The translations under genes were made by a program, and so were the position numbers. Of a DNA stretch of 24,000 nucleotides, positions 7,782-15,599 are shown one piece after another. The stretch is from contig NZ_FRFF01000191.1 of the NCBI RefSeq assembly GCF_900143625.1, forward strand, positions 430-24,429, written 5' to 3'. Numbering within the stretch: position 1 is the first letter of the stretch; every line of letters starts with the position of its first letter. Source of the DNA: Nocardiopsis sp. JB363 (GTDB taxonomy: Bacteria; Actinomycetota; Actinomycetes; Streptosporangiales; Streptosporangiaceae). The notes beneath the pieces are model-generated. The model was given only the letters and a program-made list of their open reading frames with translations, was not told the origin of the DNA and did no database searches.

Positions 7782-9239
7782 ATGAACGCGACCACGGGAA
7801 ACGAACCACACGACAACGCCGCCGACGTCGACTGGGCCTCCCTGGCCCCCGAGGGCGGGGACCGCATCCCCGAACTCCTCGGCCGGGTCGCCGGCAGTGA
7901 CAGTGCGCTGTCCGACCTCCACGACATCATCCGGTTTCCGGAGCCGGGCCATCGCGCCGCACCGAAGGTCGTCGACCACCTCGTCGACGCCGCGACCGCC
8001 GACGAGACCCCGGACATGGACCGGTGGCGGCCGCTCAGCCTCCTGCTGGAGCTGGTCGCCGCCCACGCGGAGGACCGCTTCCCCGAGCACCGCGACCTCG
8101 CCCAATGGCGCGACGAGGTGGCCTGGGCCACCTCCAACGACGCCGAGAAGGTGCGCACCCAGTACCGCACCTGGAGGGACGAGGCCCCCGACGAGCAGCA
8201 CCATCACCGCATGCGCAACCGCCTCGCCGTCATGGAGTCCGATGAGGGCGCGGAGCTCCTCCAGGCCGAACTCGACACCTACGAGGCCGTGCTCGCCCGT
8301 GTTCCCGACCTGGTCGCCCTACTGCACGGCGGCACGAACCGGGGCGGCCTGGACCGCGCCGGCGAGTGGGTGAGCTACCTGCTGGCGTTCCTGCCCGACG
8401 AGTCCGCGCGCATCGTCTCCGAGATCACCGGTGCGTCCCAGTTCCTCCTCGCCAAGGACCTGCGCCCCACCCCCAAGGCCCCCACCTCCCTGCGCGACGC
8501 CATGGACCAGGCCTCCGGTGGCGGCAGCGGAGGCAACTCCGATCCGCTGCCCGCCGAACTGTTCGCCCTGGGCCTGCTCGCCGCTCCGCACGACATCGAC
8601 ACCACCATCGGCCTCACCCACCAGATGGCCGGCGGCAACCTCTACAACTCCTTCGCCGCCGCGGTGGCGACGGTCCTCATCCATGGTGAGAACACCCCCC
8701 GCGAGGGCCTGCGCCGGATCGGCCGCGGCGGCGGTACCTCCATGGGTTACGAGGGACTGTTCAACGAGTCGTGGCCGCACTGCGGCCCCCGTTCCCCGCA
8801 GGTCCTGGGCTTCCTCGCGCTGGGCCGCGCCGGAGACCGCGCCCGCCGACTGCGCCTGGACATCCTGCCCGGCCTGATCAAGGGTGAGGACGAGTCCCGT
8901 GCCCTGGTCACCGGTGTGGGCCTCGAACTGGTGTTGGGCCCCCGCTCCAAGGACCGCACCCCCGAGGAGCACGCTCAGGCCGACTACGACGAGGAGACCC
9001 TCAAGGTTCTGTGGGCCATCGCGGAGCTGCCCGCCTCGGCGTGGGAGGACGAGGAGTTCACCGCCACCCTCGCCGCCTGGGCCCTGCCCGACGACGCCGA
9101 GGAGTTCTGCGCCCTGGTCGGTGTGGAACCCGAGCCGGAGCCCGAGGCCGTCCCCGTCCAGGAGGCTCCGCAGTCCCAGCAGGCGCCGCAGGCACCCCAG
9201 GGCCTTTTCGGCCGTCTGTTCGGTGGCGGTCGCCCTTAG
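7782..9239 (+). CDS. Uncharacterised acidic, probably helical-repeat protein with a C-terminal amphipathic tail resembling the MinD membrane-targeting sequence
   Basis: Long GC3-rich ORF. I recognise no catalytic motifs. The N-terminus DVDWASLAPEGGDRIPELLGRV resembles a widespread actinobacterial helical-repeat family. The C-terminus is EPEPEPEAVPVQEAPQSQQAPQAPQGLFGRLFGGGRP. The start is uncertain: ATG 7782 is preferred over the track start at 7731. Confidence 0.65.
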   Translation: MNATTGNEPHDNAADVDWASLAPEGGDRIPELLGRVAGSDSALSDLHDIIRFPEPGHRAAPKVVDHLVDAATADETPDMDRWRPLSLLLELVAAHAEDRFPEHRDLAQWRDEVAWATSNDAEKVRTQYRTWRDEAPDEQHHHRMRNRLAVMESDEGAELLQAELDTYEAVLARVPDLVALLHGGTNRGGLDRAGEWVSYLLAFLPDESARIVSEITGASQFLLAKDLRPTPKAPTSLRDAMDQASGGGSGGNSDPLPAELFALGLLAAPHDIDTTIGLTHQMAGGNLYNSFAAAVATVLIHGENTPREGLRRIGRGGGTSMGYEGLFNESWPHCGPRSPQVLGFLALGRAGDRARRLRLDILPGLIKGEDESRALVTGVGLELVLGPRSKDRTPEEHAQADYDEETLKVLWAIAELPASAWEDEEFTATLAAWALPDDAEEFCALVGVEPEPEPEAVPVQEAPQSQQAPQAPQGLFGRLFGGGRP

Positions 9240-9259
9240 CGGAGGCCCGAAAAACAGGC
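9239..9259. repeat. Right copy of the inverted 21-22 nt element (GCGGAGGCCCGAAAAACAGGC)
   Basis: It lies 5 nt beyond the stop codon (9267..9265, minus strand) of SanA paralogue 2 and overlaps the last base of the stop codon of the enclosed gene. Confidence 0.7.
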
Positions 9260-9264
9260 CCTGG

Positions 9265-10014
9265 TCAGGAGGCCGCCGACTCCTCGGTGGCCCGGGCCAG
9301 GGCCTCGTCCACACCGGTCTCGTAGTCGCCCAGGAACGTGGGGTCCGGGCGCAGCAGGACCGTGCCCAGGGCCGCGACCGCCGCCGGAACCTCGCGCACC
9401 CACCCGTACACGGTGGCGAACCCACGTTCGTCGAAGCTGTGGTCGCCCACGCCCACGGCGTCGATGCCCGCCGCCCGACACAGCCGGACCGCGCGCGGCA
9501 CGTGGAAGTCCTGGGTCAGCACCACGGCCTCCTCCACCCCGAAGACCTCGGCGGCGCGCACGCACGAGTCCCAGGTGGCGAACCCGGCGTGGTCGCCGGC
9601 GATCCGGTCCGCCGGGACACCCGCATCGACCAGGTAGTCGCGCATGGTGTCGGTCTCGCTGTAGTGCTCCACACCGTTGTCGCCGCTGACCAGCACCGCC
9701 TCGATCCGGCCCGCCTCGTACAGCTCCACCGCCAGTTCCAGACGCTGGGCCAGCAGGTGGCTGGGCAGCCCGTCGGGGCGGACCCCCGCGCCGAGCACCA
9801 CGGCGACCGGGCGCTCGGGCACGTCCTCGACCTCGTACCGGTGATCGGAGGTGGCGAACAACTGCCACACGAACGGCACACAGCCCAGCACCATCACGGC
9901 CACGGCGACGACCGCCCAGGTCAGAAGGCGGCGCCGGCCCGGTTGCACGGTAGCGGCGCCCCGGTTCGCGGGTTCGGGCGTCGGAGGTATCTCGGAGCTC
10001 TCGGATGTCGTCAC
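9265..10014 (-). CDS. SanA/YdcF-family (DUF218) membrane-anchored protein, paralogue 2
   Basis: RRRLLTWAVVAVAVMVLGCVPFVW (TM), then RPVAVVLGAGVRPDG...VLVSGDNGVEHYSETDTMRDYLVDAGVPADRI...GFATWDSCVR...AAGIDAVGVGD. By eye it is about 55-60% identical to paralogue 1. I place the start at GTG 10014..10012, because the track start (10140) would overlap the upstream amine oxidase. The start is uncertain. Confidence 0.8.
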   Translation of the reverse strand: MTTSESSEIPPTPEPANRGAATVQPGRRRLLTWAVVAVAVMVLGCVPFVWQLFATSDHRYEVEDVPERPVAVVLGAGVRPDGLPSHLLAQRLELAVELYEAGRIEAVLVSGDNGVEHYSETDTMRDYLVDAGVPADRIAGDHAGFATWDSCVRAAEVFGVEEAVVLTQDFHVPRAVRLCRAAGIDAVGVGDHSFDERGFATVYGWVREVPAAVAALGTVLLRPDPTFLGDYETGVDEALARATEESAAS

Positions 10015-10054
10015 ACCTTGGAAGACGACCGGGCGCCCCGACCGGTTCCCGACT

Positions 10055-11308
10055 TCAGGCGTGCATGCGTCGCAGCGCGTCCATGGCGCTCGCCACCACC
10101 GCCTCGTCGGACTCCCCGGCCAGGGAACGGGCGTGGTCACCGCCGTTGAACCCCAACAGCACCGGTCGTCCGAACGCCTTGTATCCGTTGAGCCACCACG
10201 ACCACAACCCGGGGTCGCGGGGGTCGGACCACTCCAGGACGTCCACGTCGGCCGGCCAGAACACGTGCGGGAACCACAGCCACAACTTGTCCAGCAGCCC
10301 CGACCCGAGAGCGTCGATCGCCTCCCGTTTGGTCTCGGGCAGCGACGGGCGGAACTCCACCGCCCCGGCCTTGAGGAGACCGATCGGCAGCGTCACCACG
10401 CAGTGATCCGCCGGCACGGACTCCCCGCCGGCCAGGTGCGCGACGGTACCGCCGTCGGAATGCTCCACGGCGGTGACCACCGCCCCCGTGCGAACCCTCA
10501 GGTCACCGCGCAGATGGGCGACCAACCCGGCATAGCCGTCGGGCAGCAGCAGGTCACCGCCGCGCCCGCCCACCCCCTCCTCGTCGGCGCTGATGGCCAA
10601 CTCGTGCGGCTCGGCCGCGTACTCCTGGGCGTAGACGGTGTTGGCGGCGTAGCGAAGCGCGGGGGAGGGGTTCTCGGGAAGAAGCGCGGAGATGGGCGTG
10701 GTATCGGCACGGGGGTGCTCGTCCATTCCCTCGACGTACTCCTCCAGCTCCCGGTAACCGGCGGGGTCGGCGCCGGCGACGCTGTCGTAGTCGAACTCGA
10801 TCCGTCGCCCACCGGTGGCCTTGAGCAGCTGGGTGACGGGGTTCCCCTTGTGCCCGTGGATCCAGGAGGCGCCCAGGTCGACGGGCATGTCCTCGGCCCA
10901 TTCCGTCCACGCTCGTCCGCCGACCCGATCACGCGCCTCCAGGACGGTCACCGCCATGCCGGCGTCGGCGAGCGCACGGGCACAACCGAGCCCGGCGAAG
11001 CCCGCCCCCACCACCGTGACACTCTGCCCGCGACGCCCGGTGCGCAGGACCTCCTCGGCCGCGCGCCGCCCGCTCGACAGGGCGCCGGCGGTGGTGGCGG
11101 GCGCCTCGGAGGAGGTGGCCTCACCGGCGAAGTGCAGGCGTGCGCCCACCGGTGCGGCCAAGCGGGCGCGCACCGAGGTGCCCAGCCGGTGCGGGGCCAG
11201 GTAGGAGTACGACCCGAGGGCGTAGGGGTCCCGTGACCAGGAGGTGCGCCGGTAGCGGACCGGTTCGGGCACGGTGGGGGAAGCGTGAGGGGAGTGATCG
11301 GGCGTCAT
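10055..11308 (-). CDS. Flavin-containing amine oxidase (PF01593-like) with apparently circularly permuted segment order
   Basis: Single uninterrupted 417-aa frame, which I checked against the DNA across the junction. The dinucleotide-binding motif VTVVGAGFAGLGCARALADAGMAVTVLEARDRVGGR starts about residue 97. It is preceded by WSRDPYALGSYSYLAP...LHFAGEATS...GALSSGRRAAEEVL, which is normally the C-terminal segment of the family. ATG 11308 overlaps the upstream TGA (ATGA). Confidence 0.8.
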   Translation of the reverse strand: MTPDHSPHASPTVPEPVRYRRTSWSRDPYALGSYSYLAPHRLGTSVRARLAAPVGARLHFAGEATSSEAPATTAGALSSGRRAAEEVLRTGRRGQSVTVVGAGFAGLGCARALADAGMAVTVLEARDRVGGRAWTEWAEDMPVDLGASWIHGHKGNPVTQLLKATGGRRIEFDYDSVAGADPAGYRELEEYVEGMDEHPRADTTPISALLPENPSPALRYAANTVYAQEYAAEPHELAISADEEGVGGRGGDLLLPDGYAGLVAHLRGDLRVRTGAVVTAVEHSDGGTVAHLAGGESVPADHCVVTLPIGLLKAGAVEFRPSLPETKREAIDALGSGLLDKLWLWFPHVFWPADVDVLEWSDPRDPGLWSWWLNGYKAFGRPVLLGFNGGDHARSLAGESDEAVVASAMDALRRMHA

Positions 11309-12570
11309 GCCCGCACACTAGTGCCGCTTCGGTCACCTTCCACGGTCGTCCCGGCGTCGAGGCGATCAGCCGGCTGCGGCCCGTACAGCCAGTCGGTGTA
11401 CTCCCAGACCCCGTGCCGGTCCGCCGACCCGAAGAGCATGTTCCGCACGGTGCGCTCGATCGGACCGGCCAGGTGCCAGGCCTCGCCCCACGCCCGGGCG
11501 GTGGTCTGTACCCGGGCCGTCTTGGCCTGACGTAGGTCGGTGAACCGCTCGAACACCTCCGGCCAGCGGGAAGCGTCGCCGTCCGCGCCGAAGATGATCT
11601 CCTCGGCCAAGCGCTCCAACGTCCCGGCGTCCTCCAAGGCCTGGCAGGCACCCTGGGCCAGGTATTGCAGCATCGGGTGCGCGGCGTCGCCGACCAGGCA
11701 CACCCGCCCCTTGTTCCAGGTGGAGAGGGGTTCACGGTCGAACATCGGCCAGCGCAGGGAATCGTTGACGTTGGTCAGCGCGTCGCGTACGGCGGGCACA
11801 CAGTCGGTGTAGGCGGCGCGCAGTTCGTCGGCGCCCTCGTACTCCAGCCGTCCGGCGGCGAAGCTCCGCGAACGGTAGACCGCCACAGTGTTGAACAGCT
11901 CGCCGTCGCGCAGCGGGTACTGCACCAGGTGGCACTCGGGGCCGAGCCAGACCACCACGGAGTCCAGGTCCTCGGCGTGCGCCGCCGACGAGGTGGGGAT
12001 CGCCCCCCGGTACGCCACGTACTCGGAGGAGACCGGTTCGTCGGCGGAGAACAGTTGTCGTCGGACCGCGGACTTGATGCCGTCGGCGGCGATGACGGCG
12101 TCGGCGGTGAACTCGCGCCCGTCGGTGGTCACGGCCCGCACCCCGTCGGGGGTCTCCGCCACCGACTCCACGCAGACGCTGTTGTGCGTCCGGACCCCTG
12201 CCTCCTGCGCGGTGCGGGCCAACAAACGGTGCAGGTCGGCGCGGTGGGCCACGATGTAGGGGGCCTCGTAGCGTTCCCGGAACTCTCCGGTCACGTCCTG
12301 GTCGAGGATGTCCTCGCCGGTGGTGGCGTCGCGAAAGACCACGCGCCGGGGCGCCACCCCGCTCGCGATCGCCTCGTCGAGCAGACCCCAGCGCTTGAGC
12401 AGGCGCGTGGCGTTGGGCGACATCTGTAGACCGGCGCCGACCTCACCGAACTCGGGTGCCTGTTCCAGGAGTCGGACGTCGGCTCCCAGGCGTCGGAGGA
12501 CGAGAGCGGAGGCGAATCCTCCGATGCCGCCGCCGATGACGATCACTGAGGTGGGGGCGGATGCTGTCAC
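11305..12570 (-). CDS. FAD-dependent aromatic monooxygenase, probably 3-hydroxybenzoate 6-hydroxylase (gentisate-forming)
   Basis: VIVIGGGIGGFASALVLRRLGADVRLLEQ (GxGxxG), ADGIKSAVR and LVGDAAHPMLQYLAQGACQALEDA are class A flavoprotein monooxygenase motifs. It is divergent from the gentisate operon. GTG 12570 has GGAGGAG 6 nt upstream, and I prefer it to the track start at 12639. Confidence 0.8.
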   Translation of the reverse strand: MTASAPTSVIVIGGGIGGFASALVLRRLGADVRLLEQAPEFGEVGAGLQMSPNATRLLKRWGLLDEAIASGVAPRRVVFRDATTGEDILDQDVTGEFRERYEAPYIVAHRADLHRLLARTAQEAGVRTHNSVCVESVAETPDGVRAVTTDGREFTADAVIAADGIKSAVRRQLFSADEPVSSEYVAYRGAIPTSSAAHAEDLDSVVVWLGPECHLVQYPLRDGELFNTVAVYRSRSFAAGRLEYEGADELRAAYTDCVPAVRDALTNVNDSLRWPMFDREPLSTWNKGRVCLVGDAAHPMLQYLAQGACQALEDAGTLERLAEEIIFGADGDASRWPEVFERFTDLRQAKTARVQTTARAWGEAWHLAGPIERTVRNMLFGSADRHGVWEYTDWLYGPQPADRLDAGTTVEGDRSGTSVRA

Positions 12571-12657
12571 TCGAATCTCCTCCGTCGTGCGAGAGGCCAC
12601 ATGGGCCGGGTCACTCGTGTCGACGTTGCTGCGACACACGTCACCGGCGCCATAAAC

Positions 12658-12672
12658 TTCTGCTCAGCAGAA
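12658..12672. promoter_or_regulatory. Palindrome TTCTGCT-C-AGCAGAA, candidate IclR-regulator operator
   Basis: Read directly. It lies in the hydroxylase/iclR divergent intergenic region. A near-identical motif occurs at 13507..13521. Confidence 0.45.
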
Positions 12673-12702
12673 AGATTCGTTCTCCCTGGTTATGCTGCGT
12701 GG

Positions 12703-13491
12703 ATGAACGCGCCACCGAGGAGGACACCTCCGTCGTACGAGATCCGATCCGTCGGTTCGGCCCTCACCCTGTTGCAGATGCTGCGCGACCAGGGCGCCGT
12801 CCGTATCTCCGAGGCCGCCGCGCAACTGGACGTGGCGCCGTCCACGGCGCACCGACTCATGCAGATGCTGGTGTTCCGCGGCTTCGCCGTGCAGGACGAC
12901 TCCAGGGTCTACCGGCCGGGGCCCGGACTGTTGGCCCCCGTGACCGATGACGTGCCGAACCGCAGACTGCGCGGCGTGGCCCGACCGATCATCGAACTGC
13001 TCGCCCAGCGGGTGGGGGAGACGGTCAACCTCCAGGTCAGGGTCGGCACCACCGTGCGTTTCCTCAGCACGGTCGAGTCGAACGCGGCCGTGGTGCAGGT
13101 GGGTGACCGGCGCGGGGCCGTACTCGACGCCGCCGCGGCCTCGGGCGGGCTGGCCCTGTTGGCGCTGCTGGAGGAGGCCGACCTGGCCCGCCTCTACCGT
13201 TCGGGGACGGCGCGCTCGCTGGGCGTACACATGGAGGAGGAGCGGTTCGGCGCCTTCGTGCGCTCGCTCACATGGGTCCGTGACATGGGGCTGGCGGTCA
13301 ATCGTGAGCGCACCGAGAGCGGCGTGGTCGCCCTGGGCGCTCCGGTGCGCGGTCCCTCCGGCGAGGGTGTGGCGGCGGTGACCATCGCGGTCCCGCACAT
13401 GCGCGCCCACGTGGTCGACGACGTCGCGGTGCGGCGGGTGTTGGTGCAGGCCTGCGCCGACATCGAGTTGGGACTCGCCGAGCAGGACTGA
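12703..13491 (+). CDS. IclR-family transcriptional regulator (GenR-like) of the gentisate cluster
   Basis: IRSVGSALTLLQMLRDQGAVRISEAAAQLDVAPSTAHRLMQMLVFRGF is a winged-HTH. It is followed by an IclR effector domain (GVVALGAPVRGPSGEGVAAVTIAVP). I prefer ATG 12703 to the track start at 12601. Confidence 0.85.
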   Translation: MNAPPRRTPPSYEIRSVGSALTLLQMLRDQGAVRISEAAAQLDVAPSTAHRLMQMLVFRGFAVQDDSRVYRPGPGLLAPVTDDVPNRRLRGVARPIIELLAQRVGETVNLQVRVGTTVRFLSTVESNAAVVQVGDRRGAVLDAAAASGGLALLALLEEADLARLYRSGTARSLGVHMEEERFGAFVRSLTWVRDMGLAVNRERTESGVVALGAPVRGPSGEGVAAVTIAVPHMRAHVVDDVAVRRVLVQACADIELGLAEQD

Positions 13492-13506
13492 CCAGGTCGC
13501 CTACTT

Positions 13507-13521
13507 TTCTGCACAACAGAA
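13507..13521. promoter_or_regulatory. Imperfect palindrome TTCTGCACAACAGAA, candidate IclR-regulator operator upstream of the gentisate dioxygenase
   Basis: Read directly. It is about 100 nt upstream of ATG 13624 and shares the TTCTGC...CAGAA half-sites with 12658..12672. Confidence 0.45.
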
Positions 13522-13623
13522 TGATCTTGGGTCCGGCACTCCTTCTCGACCTACGCTCCGAGTGACGCGGCTCATGTTCGACCACATGGGCCGATCCCCA
13601 GAGCACAGTGCGCAGGAGGACCG

Positions 13624-14778
13624 ATGGCCGACCGGAGCGCCACCCCCGTGAGCGGGGGACACGAAGAGCACGACCTGCCGCGCGGCGTCGACGAAGCCGC
13701 CGTGCCGCCGCCCACACCCGAGGAACGGAAACAGCTCGACCGGCTCTACGCCGACTTCGAGGCGGGGAACATGGTCCCGTTGTGGACCGAGATCGGCGAT
13801 CTCATGCCACCCGAGCCGCACCCCGCGGCGCTGCCCCACCTGTGGCGGTGGAAGGAACTGCTGCCGCTGGCCGAACGCGCCGGAGACCTGGTTCCCGTCG
13901 GTCGCGGTGGCGAACGCCGGGCCATCTCGCTGGCCAACCCGGGCCTTGGCGGACGCCCCTACACCACACCGACCCTGTGGTGCGCGATCCAGTACCTGGG
14001 CGGGCACGAGGTCGCCCCCGAGCACCGCCACTCCCAGAACGCCTTCCGGTTCGTCGTCGAGGGCGAGGGGGTGTGGACGGTCGTCAACGGCGACCCCGTC
14101 CGCATGTCCCGCGGCGACTTCCTGCTCACGCCGGGCTGGAACTTCCACGGTCACCACAACGAGACCGATCGGCCGATGGCCTGGATCGACGGCCTCGACA
14201 TCCCCTTCGTCCACTACACCGACACCTCGTTCTTCGAGTTCGGCGTCGACCGCGTCACGGACGACTCCACCCCCCGGGTGTCCCGGAGCGAACGACTCTG
14301 GACCCACCCGGGGCTGCGCCCGCTCTCCGGTCTGCGCGACACCGTCTCCTCGCCGATCGGCGCCTACCGGTGGGAGCACACCGACCGGGCGCTCACCGAG
14401 CAGTTGCTCATCGAGGACGAGGGGTATCCCGCCACCGTCGAGCAGGGGCACGCGGCCGTGCGCTACGTCAACCCCACCGACGGCGGCGACGTCATGCCCA
14501 CCATCCGCGCCCAGTTCCACCGTCTGCGCCCGGGGGTGCGGACCCGCACCGTGCGCGAGGTCGGCTCCAGCGTCTACCAGGTCTTCGAGGGGCGTGGCCG
14601 CGCCCTCGTCGGTGACCGGACCTATGAGGTGGAGAAGGGCGACATCTTCGTCGTCCCCTCCTGGGCCCCCTTCAGCCTGCGGGCCGAGTCGCGGCTGGAC
14701 CTGTTCCAGTTCGGCGACCACCCGATCATCGAGAAGCTGAACTTCCAGCGCGTCCACGTCGAAGGAGAATCCGAATGA
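13624..14778 (+). CDS. Gentisate 1,2-dioxygenase (bicupin)
   Basis: AGGAGGA RBS at 13614..13620. The cupin metal motif region (EHRHSQNAFRFVVEGEGVWTVVNGDPVRMSRGDFLLTPGWNFHGHHN) and the genomic context support the call. Length 384 aa. Confidence 0.9.
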   Translation: MADRSATPVSGGHEEHDLPRGVDEAAVPPPTPEERKQLDRLYADFEAGNMVPLWTEIGDLMPPEPHPAALPHLWRWKELLPLAERAGDLVPVGRGGERRAISLANPGLGGRPYTTPTLWCAIQYLGGHEVAPEHRHSQNAFRFVVEGEGVWTVVNGDPVRMSRGDFLLTPGWNFHGHHNETDRPMAWIDGLDIPFVHYTDTSFFEFGVDRVTDDSTPRVSRSERLWTHPGLRPLSGLRDTVSSPIGAYRWEHTDRALTEQLLIEDEGYPATVEQGHAAVRYVNPTDGGDVMPTIRAQFHRLRPGVRTRTVREVGSSVYQVFEGRGRALVGDRTYEVEKGDIFVVPSWAPFSLRAESRLDLFQFGDHPIIEKLNFQRVHVEGESE

Positions 14779-15599
14779 AGCTCGCCACCCTGCGCCGCGA
14801 TGGTTCCACCACCGTCGCCCGAGACTCCGGGGACACCTGGGTCCCGATCGAGGGGTACGCGGACCTCGGCGCCCTCCTTCGCGAGGAGAACTGGCGCTCC
14901 CTCGCCGAGAACGCCGACGGCGCACCCGTGACCGCCGACGACGCCGTGTTCGACACGGTCGTCCCGGCCCCCGGCAAGGTCGTCTGCGTGGGGCTGAACT
15001 ACGCCTCGCACATCAAGGAGATGGGCCGGGACCTGCCGTCCCACCCCACGCTCTTCGCCAAGTACGCCGAGACCCTCACCGGTCCCAACGACCCGGTCAC
15101 CGCGGTGGCCGAGGACCCGGAGCTGGACTGGGAGGGCGAACTGGTCATCGTGGTCGGCTCCGAGGCCTACCGGGTCTCCGAGGAGGAGGCTGCCGGCCAC
15201 ATCGCCGGCTACAGCATGGCCAACGACATCTCGATGCGCGGCTGGCAGTTCCGTACCAAGGAATGGCTTCAGGGCAAGATGTGGAACCGCTCCACGCCGG
15301 TGGGACCGGTCATGGTCACCCCCGACGAGTTCGACCACCGCACCTCGACCCTGCGCACCCGCGTCAACGGCGAGATCATGCAGAAGCACTCCATCGGTGA
15401 CCTGGTCTTCCCGCCGGAGCACCTGGTCTCCTACATCTCCACGATGATTCCGCTCAAGCCGGGCGACATCATCCTCACCGGAACCCCGGGCGGCGTGGGT
15501 CGCGCCCGTGACCCGCAGGTCTTCCTGAAGCCGGGTGACGTGGTCGAGGTGGAGATCGACGGCATCGGTCGCATGTCCTCCGACATCGTGGCGCCCTGA
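14775..15599 (+). CDS. Fumarylacetoacetate-hydrolase-family enzyme, probably fumarylpyruvate hydrolase
   Basis: ATGA overlap with the dioxygenase. FAH motifs: GKVVCVGLNYASHIKEMG, ELDWEGELVIVVG and GDIILTGTPGGVG. Confidence 0.85.
   Translation: MKLATLRRDGSTTVARDSGDTWVPIEGYADLGALLREENWRSLAENADGAPVTADDAVFDTVVPAPGKVVCVGLNYASHIKEMGRDLPSHPTLFAKYAETLTGPNDPVTAVAEDPELDWEGELVIVVGSEAYRVSEEEAAGHIAGYSMANDISMRGWQFRTKEWLQGKMWNRSTPVGPVMVTPDEFDHRTSTLRTRVNGEIMQKHSIGDLVFPPEHLVSYISTMIPLKPGDIILTGTPGGVGRARDPQVFLKPGDVVEVEIDGIGRMSSDIVAP

Noticed and set aside
7695-9259. Interpreting the inverted 21-22 nt repeats plus the enclosed ORF as an insertion sequence with terminal inverted repeats
   Set aside because: The enclosed protein shows no DDE, HUH, serine or tyrosine recombinase motifs I can recognise. 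There is no target-site duplication: the flanks are ...gcactgaa and cctggtca.... The repeats are better explained as the conserved 3' flank of the two SanA paralogues.
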